The notes under the pieces are model-generated. The model worked only from the letters and a program-made list of their open reading frames with translations, ran no database searches and was not told where the DNA came from. From an uncultured archaeon (GTDB lineage: Archaea > Altiarchaeota > Altiarchaeia > IMC4 > QMZM01), in contig CAZJVE010000002.1 of the NCBI GenBank assembly GCA_964549685.1, positions 82,859 to 146,858 on the forward strand: DNA of 64,000 bases, given 5' to 3'. Of the stretch, positions 58,314 through 64,000 are shown piece by piece (position 1 is the stretch's first letter; each line of letters opens with the position of its first letter). Position numbers and translations under genes: made by a program.

Positions 58314-59695
58314 CCCGCCCAGCTGTTTATTGCATCTACCACTGCGGATAGTGAGACCTCTTCGTTGGCCCATCTGTTTATCATGTTCACGACTTCGGCC
58401 AAGGTTACCTCGCCGTCGCAGTTCTCATCCGCCAATGGCTCAAAGCTCGGCGCACCGCAGACGAAGGCATCCAGGTAAGGGATGTATACTACCTCAGGCA
58501 GGCCAGCATCATCATAGTAGTCATAGATGTATACGTCAATATCCTGTTTGTTGCTGGTGCCCCACCAGTTGTTTATCATCATTATCTCCTCGCTCGGCAT
58601 TGAGTGCTCTATGTCGATTGCCCTGACGCCGTATTCGAAATTGTCATGCAGGTTGTTATACGAATACTCTCCAAGATACTCATTCACGAATATGCCGATG
58701 CTGTTCAGGGTTATGGTGTTGTATGTAATCTCGCCTCCATCGACCATGTCCTCGACGTAGATGCCTACCGAGTTGTTGTAGATGAGGTTGTAGCTCAGGC
58801 TCACCTCGCCGTAGGCGTCGTTTACGTCAATTCCATAGGTGTTGTTATAGAAGGTGTTGTAGCTGACCTCGGTCCAGCCCATGACTGCCGCACCGTGCGT
58901 GCTTCCATGCACCGTGTTGTTGCTGAAATAGACGTATGACGCCGCTTCTTCTCTCCCTCTCAGCTCGGGGGTGCAGTTGTTGAATTCGTTCTGGGTTGCA
59001 TAAATGTGTATGCTGGGGAATATACTCCTCATTATGGCGTTGCTGCCGCAGTTTGTGAATGTATTGTTGCTTATGTATATGGTGAAGTTCCCGCCCCTTA
59101 TCTCCATATCCCCATCATAGAATATGGAGTCCATGACGTCAACGGAGGACTCGTAGGTCTCCAGCCCTGTGTTGTTAAACCTGCAGTATCTCAGGCTATT
59201 GTTTCCGCTGATGCTGGTGTATTCGAAGTAGACCACCCCTCCCCCGGAGGAGACGAATTCAATCGGGCTTATGGAGTTCCCCTCGGCTATGAGGCCGCCC
59301 TCCATGTCAAGGCGGTAGCTGCCGTTGAACTGTACCACTACGCCAGGCCCTATTGTCAGGGTGCTGTTCTCCTTTACCTCAATGTCGTTCAGCAGGAGGT
59401 AGGGGCTGTCGGCCAGAGTCCATGTCGTGTCTCCCTTGATGTCCCCTGTCACGTAGGTGGGAATCAGCGTCGATGTGGTTGAGGTGGATGTTGTGCTGGT
59501 TGTTGATGTGGTTGAGGTCGTTGAAGTTGATGTGGTCGAGGTGCTTGTCGTTGATGTCGTTGAGGTGGATGTAGTAGATATTGTGCTTGTTGATGTTGTT
59601 GAAGAGGTGCTTGTGGAGGTGGTCGTCTGAGCGGCAACACCAATGCTAAGGAAAAGCAGCCCAATCAATAAGAAGAGTGCCTTGCGCTTAATCAT
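58310..59695 (-). CDS. Secreted right-handed beta-helix protein with Thr linker and dockerin-like C-terminus
   Basis: Signal peptide; TTWTLADSPY, LTIGPGV, NNWWGT; ADENCDGEVTLAEVVNMINRW. Confidence 0.85.
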   Translation of the reverse strand: MIKRKALFLLIGLLFLSIGVAAQTTTSTSTSSTTSTSTISTTSTSTTSTTSTSTTSTSTTSTTSTTSTTSTSTTSTLIPTYVTGDIKGDTTWTLADSPYLLLNDIEVKENSTLTIGPGVVVQFNGSYRLDMEGGLIAEGNSISPIEFVSSGGGVVYFEYTSISGNNSLRYCRFNNTGLETYESSVDVMDSIFYDGDMEIRGGNFTIYISNNTFTNCGSNAIMRSIFPSIHIYATQNEFNNCTPELRGREEAASYVYFSNNTVHGSTHGAAVMGWTEVSYNTFYNNTYGIDVNDAYGEVSLSYNLIYNNSVGIYVEDMVDGGEITYNTITLNSIGIFVNEYLGEYSYNNLHDNFEYGVRAIDIEHSMPSEEIMMINNWWGTSNKQDIDVYIYDYYDDAGLPEVVYIPYLDAFVCGAPSFEPLADENCDGEVTLAEVVNMINRWANEEVSLSAVVDAINSWAG

Positions 59696-59727
59696 ATTAG
59701 GAATTAGCTCATGAGCGTATAAATCTC

Positions 59728-62700
59728 TCATCCTTCAACAGCATACCTCAATCTTCCGCCATATTCCTGTCTATAGACAACATGCGCTTTGTCTGTGCTG
59801 TCAACAGCAAGCTCGGCATAGGTCCCGATCTGTTCGTCATCGCTATTACCGCCATACTGGATTGTCCGGGTCGTCCAGCTGGTATCGCCGGAATTCTTAA
59901 CCGCGACCTTCATGTAAGAATCCAGATAGGTTGCACTCATCGCCTTTCTATGATAGGCAATCAGGATATTATCGTTGCTGTCAAAAGCCAGAGAGGTATA
60001 TAGTCCTGCTCTCAGGCTGTCGTCAATCATGTCCGGGCTTGCGGACCAGGCGCCGCTGCCGATTCTTGAGGAGAACATCAGGGCCCCGTCATCGCCATCC
60101 CCGCTGTATCTCGCATGATAGGCGATGTGGGGGGTGCCGGAACTGTCAACTGCAATCGAGGGGTACTGCATCGTATCGCTTGAATCCACCAGTTCCTCCG
60201 ACCAGGTGCTGGAATCCGTTGCTCTGTAGATATACTTCAGGAAGCTGTTGGAGTCGACGAATGCGATGTGTATCACGCCGTTTGCAACGACTATCGAGGT
60301 GTCCGCGCTCGTCACGCTGGTATCCACCGTCTCTATTGTCCATGACCCTGAACCAGCTGGTTTGCTCGCCAGGAGCAAATCGTAACTGGTCCTGTCCAGG
60401 TAGGCAATATACACGACGTCGTTCTCGTCTATGTCCATTGAGGTGTACTGGCCGAGGTTGTTCGTGGCCGATGAGGCAACGGTTTCGGTGGAGAACGACC
60501 CTGCACCCGCCGCCTTGTAGGCGTATCCCAGGTTATAGCCTGTGAACGTGGGATAGGCTATGTGAACCCCTCCGTTGCTGTCAACTGCTATTCTGGTATA
60601 TGGGTTTGTCTGGTCGGCATAAACCAACTCCCTTTCCGACCAGGAACCGTCGGAATTGACCATGTAATAAACGCCGTCGGTATAGGTGCTGTAGGCATTG
60701 ATGTAGTGCACCACATGGATGTCGTCATTGCTGTCGATGGCCAGGTCAGCATATCTTCCGCAGCTTGAGGTGGACCACGTATCAATAGTAGAATCGGTCC
60801 AGGAGGCCAATGTATGATCAAGAGTTGTAGTGGCCGATGCGGTGGTTGTGGTTGATGTCGTAGCCAGTGCAGTAGTTGTTGTTGTCGCAGGTGCCGTTGT
60901 CGTAGTCGTTGAAGCACCGCCGGCCCAGGCGTTTATCAGGTCTATTACATTTGCAAGAGTCGCACCATCCCCTGCCCAGAGGTTTATCAGGTCTATGACC
61001 TCTGACAGAGTCACCGTGTTGCATGGGGCCTCGTCTCCGACGAGGGTGCATTCTCCAGCTACGGTCGTGGTCGTCGATGTGCTGGTGCTGGTCGAGGTGG
61101 TTGTGCTGGTTGTCGAGGTGGTTGTGGTGGTAGCTGCAGTGCAGTCATACGTACAACCCGTCGTCCCGGTGTCGCTCCAGGTGCCGGCCTCGTCGCAGAT
61201 GTTCTCGTCACCGGAGCCTCCCAGAGCTGAAGAAAGGTAAAGATCCGAGATTACGTTGGAGCAGACCTGGTTAGAGTTCAGCGTGCTGTAGTTCGAAGAG
61301 AGCAGGTAAATGCCGTAGCGTCCATTGTAATCCGCTGTGTTGTCGGTCAGGTAGTTGTTGTGCGAGTAGAGTGGCAGGATTCCGTCATACGTGTTGTTAT
61401 TCACCTGGTTTTGTCCTATCGTGTTGTTGTTCGCATAAGCAAGAAAGATTCCGTAAATGTCGTTATGGCTCATCGTGTTGCCCGTGACGGTGCTGTCATT
61501 GGCGAAATATAGATATACGCCCAGATAGTTGTTGGTTATTGTGTTATTGCTAAAGACGTTGCTGGAGGAATTAGTAAGGAGCACTCCGTAGCATGTGAGG
61601 TCGCATGAGTTGTTGCTCGCCAAGTTGTCCGTCAGGGTGTTGTCGTCTGACCTGTAGACCACGAGCCCGATGGTGTTGTTCTCCAGCGTATTGCCCGTGA
61701 CCGTGTTGCTGTCCGAATAATTGAGATAGATGCCGTGGTCGAACAGGGAAACCTCGCAGTTTTTGACTGTGTTGTTTGAGTTGCCCTGGAGGAAGATTCC
61801 ATAGGTGTCCGATACATAGGGCCCCTGAATGCTATGGCTCCGGCAGTCGAATTCCATGTTGTCTGCCGAGAATTCTACGCACGTTGCGGAGGTGCTGATG
61901 TCAGCAGTAAGATAGACGGTTTCGTAGCTGCCGTCCAGCTTTGAGGTGCAGTCGTTGCACGAGGTGCAGGAAGCCTCCCCCGCCGCAAGGGTTGTCGTGG
62001 TGCTCGTAGATGTCGTGGAGGTCGAGGTCGTGCTGGTCGTCGTTGAGCTCATCTGCTCTACGGCGAACATGTAGAGTGCTGAGCCTGAGCTCTCGTCGTT
62101 GGATATGATAAGGACTGCGTCGTCGTAGGTCGAGCCGAACCCGTTCACGAAAAGCTCGCCGTTCTGGATGCTGTCCAGCGGCATGTATTCCACCGCCTTT
62201 GATGAGGCCGTTAACTTTGCCACGGATACGTTGAAGTTCCCGTCATTTGCCCCGTAGAAGGACAGATTCAGGGTGCTTCCATCGCCCCCCGTGAAGTTGA
62301 TGTATTCGGCGGCCCAGTAGTTCACCGTACTCAGGGCGGACGTGGGATAAGAGGAGAATGCGTTTACCACCGGCACGGTAAAGTCGAGGTCAAGGTAGCC
62401 ATAGAGCCCATCTCCTATCGTGGTGTCGTCAAGCACGTTCGCTATCGTCCAGTCGTTGAATATCTTGGTGAAGGTTTCCGAGTAGCCCCTGGTGGACAGG
62501 GCATGGTTTATGCCGGTTATGCCGATGTCCGTCTCGGAGACTATCTCCGTTATCGTCAGGTTGCCGCCGTAGTGGTTGGAGATATAGAGCATGAATAGAT
62601 AGCTCTTTCCATAGTCATAGATATTGCCGCCCCAGTTTGTCAGGGACTGGCCGTAGTTGGAAGCGAAGTCGTTGATGTCGCTTGTTGCGTGGCCGTAACC

Positions 62701-63519
62701 GTTGATATATTCGGCATAGACCGCACAACCCTCGTCGACCCATGCTTCTTCATCCGCGTCGTGGTACCAGTGAATCATGTGCTGGAATTCATGAGCAAGA
62801 GTCGAGTAGCTGTTGTTCACTCCCTCGTCGATGGAGTAGAAGTCGTCGTGGTCGCTTGTTGGAGTGTAGTTAACATCCCCTGTACCGGGATAGCTCCCCT
62901 TCTCTATCAGCGGGAAGGTGTCGATGTAGAACATCTTGCGCTCGTTGCTGTGGTAGCCCCAGTAGGATGCATAGGCTTCGGTATATTCGTTCATGGACCA
63001 GAAATAGCCGGCAATATAGCCTCCCCCGGTATAGCTATTGGCGTAGCTCTCGTCTATGTCAGTCAGCAGTATTGTTATCATGGAGTCGCCGTCCACGCCC
63101 TCGGGCTCCTCCTCGCCGAAGTAGAGCCGGTCATTTACGTATATGGAGTCGAATTCTGCCGCTACCTGGTTCACGTCGTCCTGGGTTATGTAGCCGGGCA
63201 GTTTTCCTGCATCGGGAGCCGTGTCCACCCACACTGCATTTCCTGCCTGGTCCTTGGTCTGGACGTAGACGTATGCCACGGAGGTGATGTTCCTGATAAC
63301 GGCGTTAATCTCGAACCATGTGTCCTGCTCGTTAATCCAGAAGCTTTCGGTGTCCCCAACGCTTTTGGCCTCTTTGATTGACATGGACCTTATGCCCGTG
63401 TCCCGCACGCTGAGGGCCGGAACCGGAATCTCCGGGAGCTCATGCGTCCTGCATCTCCCCTCGGCAGCTGCAGGCATGCAGAGGCCCATTAGGAGCATAA
63501 GAATAACCAGTCTTTTCAT
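59728..63519 (-). CDS. Secreted HExxH metalloprotease (M30/M6-like) with beta-helix, internal dockerin-like module and C-terminal beta-propeller
   Basis: STLAHEFQHMIH...WVDEGCA..AE; YGKSYLF..Y; repeats of IAVDS.G..HIAY. Confidence 0.85.
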   Translation of the reverse strand: MKRLVILMLLMGLCMPAAAEGRCRTHELPEIPVPALSVRDTGIRSMSIKEAKSVGDTESFWINEQDTWFEINAVIRNITSVAYVYVQTKDQAGNAVWVDTAPDAGKLPGYITQDDVNQVAAEFDSIYVNDRLYFGEEEPEGVDGDSMITILLTDIDESYANSYTGGGYIAGYFWSMNEYTEAYASYWGYHSNERKMFYIDTFPLIEKGSYPGTGDVNYTPTSDHDDFYSIDEGVNNSYSTLAHEFQHMIHWYHDADEEAWVDEGCAVYAEYINGYGHATSDINDFASNYGQSLTNWGGNIYDYGKSYLFMLYISNHYGGNLTITEIVSETDIGITGINHALSTRGYSETFTKIFNDWTIANVLDDTTIGDGLYGYLDLDFTVPVVNAFSSYPTSALSTVNYWAAEYINFTGGDGSTLNLSFYGANDGNFNVSVAKLTASSKAVEYMPLDSIQNGELFVNGFGSTYDDAVLIISNDESSGSALYMFAVEQMSSTTTSTTSTSTTSTSTTTTLAAGEASCTSCNDCTSKLDGSYETVYLTADISTSATCVEFSADNMEFDCRSHSIQGPYVSDTYGIFLQGNSNNTVKNCEVSLFDHGIYLNYSDSNTVTGNTLENNTIGLVVYRSDDNTLTDNLASNNSCDLTCYGVLLTNSSSNVFSNNTITNNYLGVYLYFANDSTVTGNTMSHNDIYGIFLAYANNNTIGQNQVNNNTYDGILPLYSHNNYLTDNTADYNGRYGIYLLSSNYSTLNSNQVCSNVISDLYLSSALGGSGDENICDEAGTWSDTGTTGCTYDCTAATTTTTSTTSTTTSTSTSTSTTTTVAGECTLVGDEAPCNTVTLSEVIDLINLWAGDGATLANVIDLINAWAGGASTTTTTAPATTTTTALATTSTTTTASATTTLDHTLASWTDSTIDTWSTSSCGRYADLAIDSNDDIHVVHYINAYSTYTDGVYYMVNSDGSWSERELVYADQTNPYTRIAVDSNGGVHIAYPTFTGYNLGYAYKAAGAGSFSTETVASSATNNLGQYTSMDIDENDVVYIAYLDRTSYDLLLASKPAGSGSWTIETVDTSVTSADTSIVVANGVIHIAFVDSNSFLKYIYRATDSSTWSEELVDSSDTMQYPSIAVDSSGTPHIAYHARYSGDGDDGALMFSSRIGSGAWSASPDMIDDSLRAGLYTSLAFDSNDNILIAYHRKAMSATYLDSYMKVAVKNSGDTSWTTRTIQYGGNSDDEQIGTYAELAVDSTDKAHVVYRQEYGGRLRYAVEG

Positions 63520-63806
63520 TCGAATTCCTCCACCGCTATTGCCTCGCCAAGGGATGTCCCGCAGAATTCGTCGGTCAGCTCCCCCCTTATCGTCAGGGTC
63601 TGCCCCTGCATCTGTTGGAGCTCCTCAGCCAGAGGGCCGGTAAGGCAGTAGCTCCCGTCCTCTGTCTCAATAGCAAGCTCTGTAAACGGTTCGTTCCCGG
63701 TAACGTAGATTCTGCCCCTCACCTCAATCCCGGTGTCCGGTATCCCGCTGTCCTGGACGCAGGCAGATAAAAGGGCGACGAGCGCGATTAGGGCTATCTT
63801 TTTCAT
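63516..63806 (-). CDS. Small lipoprotein
   Basis: MKKIALIALVALLSAC lipobox; GNEPF motif; stop overlaps the protease start. Confidence 0.7.
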   Translation of the reverse strand: MKKIALIALVALLSACVQDSGIPDTGIEVRGRIYVTGNEPFTELAIETEDGSYCLTGPLAEELQQMQGQTLTIRGELTDEFCGTSLGEAIAVEEFE

Positions 63807-63916
63807 ATTAGAATATGTGTTATGGAGGTATAATAACATTACTTAAACATGGAAACCCTGCTCGATATCGATTAGATTATCCACTCACCCCACGTACCAT
63901 AGTCCAGATTACTCCT

Positions 63917-64000
63917 TCACCCCGCCCAGGCATTAATAAGGTCTATTACGTCCGAGAGACCTGCATCGTCTGCTGCCCAGGCGTTTATCAGGTCTATCAC
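63917..64000 (-). CDS. 3' end of another dockerin-like-tagged protein (runs off the window)
   Basis: ...VIDLINAWAADDAGLSDVIDLINAWAG-stop. Confidence 0.85.
   Translation of the reverse strand: MIDLINAWAADDAGLSDVIDLINAWAG

Overview
Archaeal chromosomal window of moderate GC. Markers are rpl15e, aIF5B, archaeal SecD/Sec61beta, A-type ATPase subunits, an archaeal SRP RNA and a tRNA with a BHB intron. Intact His/Lys/purine genes, a bacterial-type NAD(P)-dependent methylene-H4MPT dehydrogenase and a class I GAPDH suggest an Altiarchaeota-like lineage (inference). Most of the middle is housekeeping. The main signal is a dispersed family of seven modular proteins (six with a visible signal peptide and Thr/Ser linkers; the seventh is cut by the window edge): two S8 subtilases, a C25 gingipain-like protease, an HExxH metalloprotease, an LTD/cohesin/cupredoxin protein, a beta-helix protein and the truncated one. 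All carry the same ~40-aa duplicated helix module (GD..C...V.L.EVID.I..W......L.DVID.I..W), which looks like a shortened dockerin. Two of them also carry cohesin-like domains and one has a canonical dockerin, suggesting a cellulosome-like extracellular multi-protease assembly. Other notable items: an SRP RNA with a UGAC helix-8 loop and stunted helix 6; a Doc-type toxin-antitoxin mini-islet bounded by a duplicated tRNA-Asn 3' end; palindromic intergenic elements beside stable-RNA genes; a lipoprotein serpin; a compact Mo/CuA/heme redox cluster; a stand-alone Dph2 N-terminal domain; and several small genes missing from the ORF track. All domain calls come from motif recognition by eye; no searches were run.
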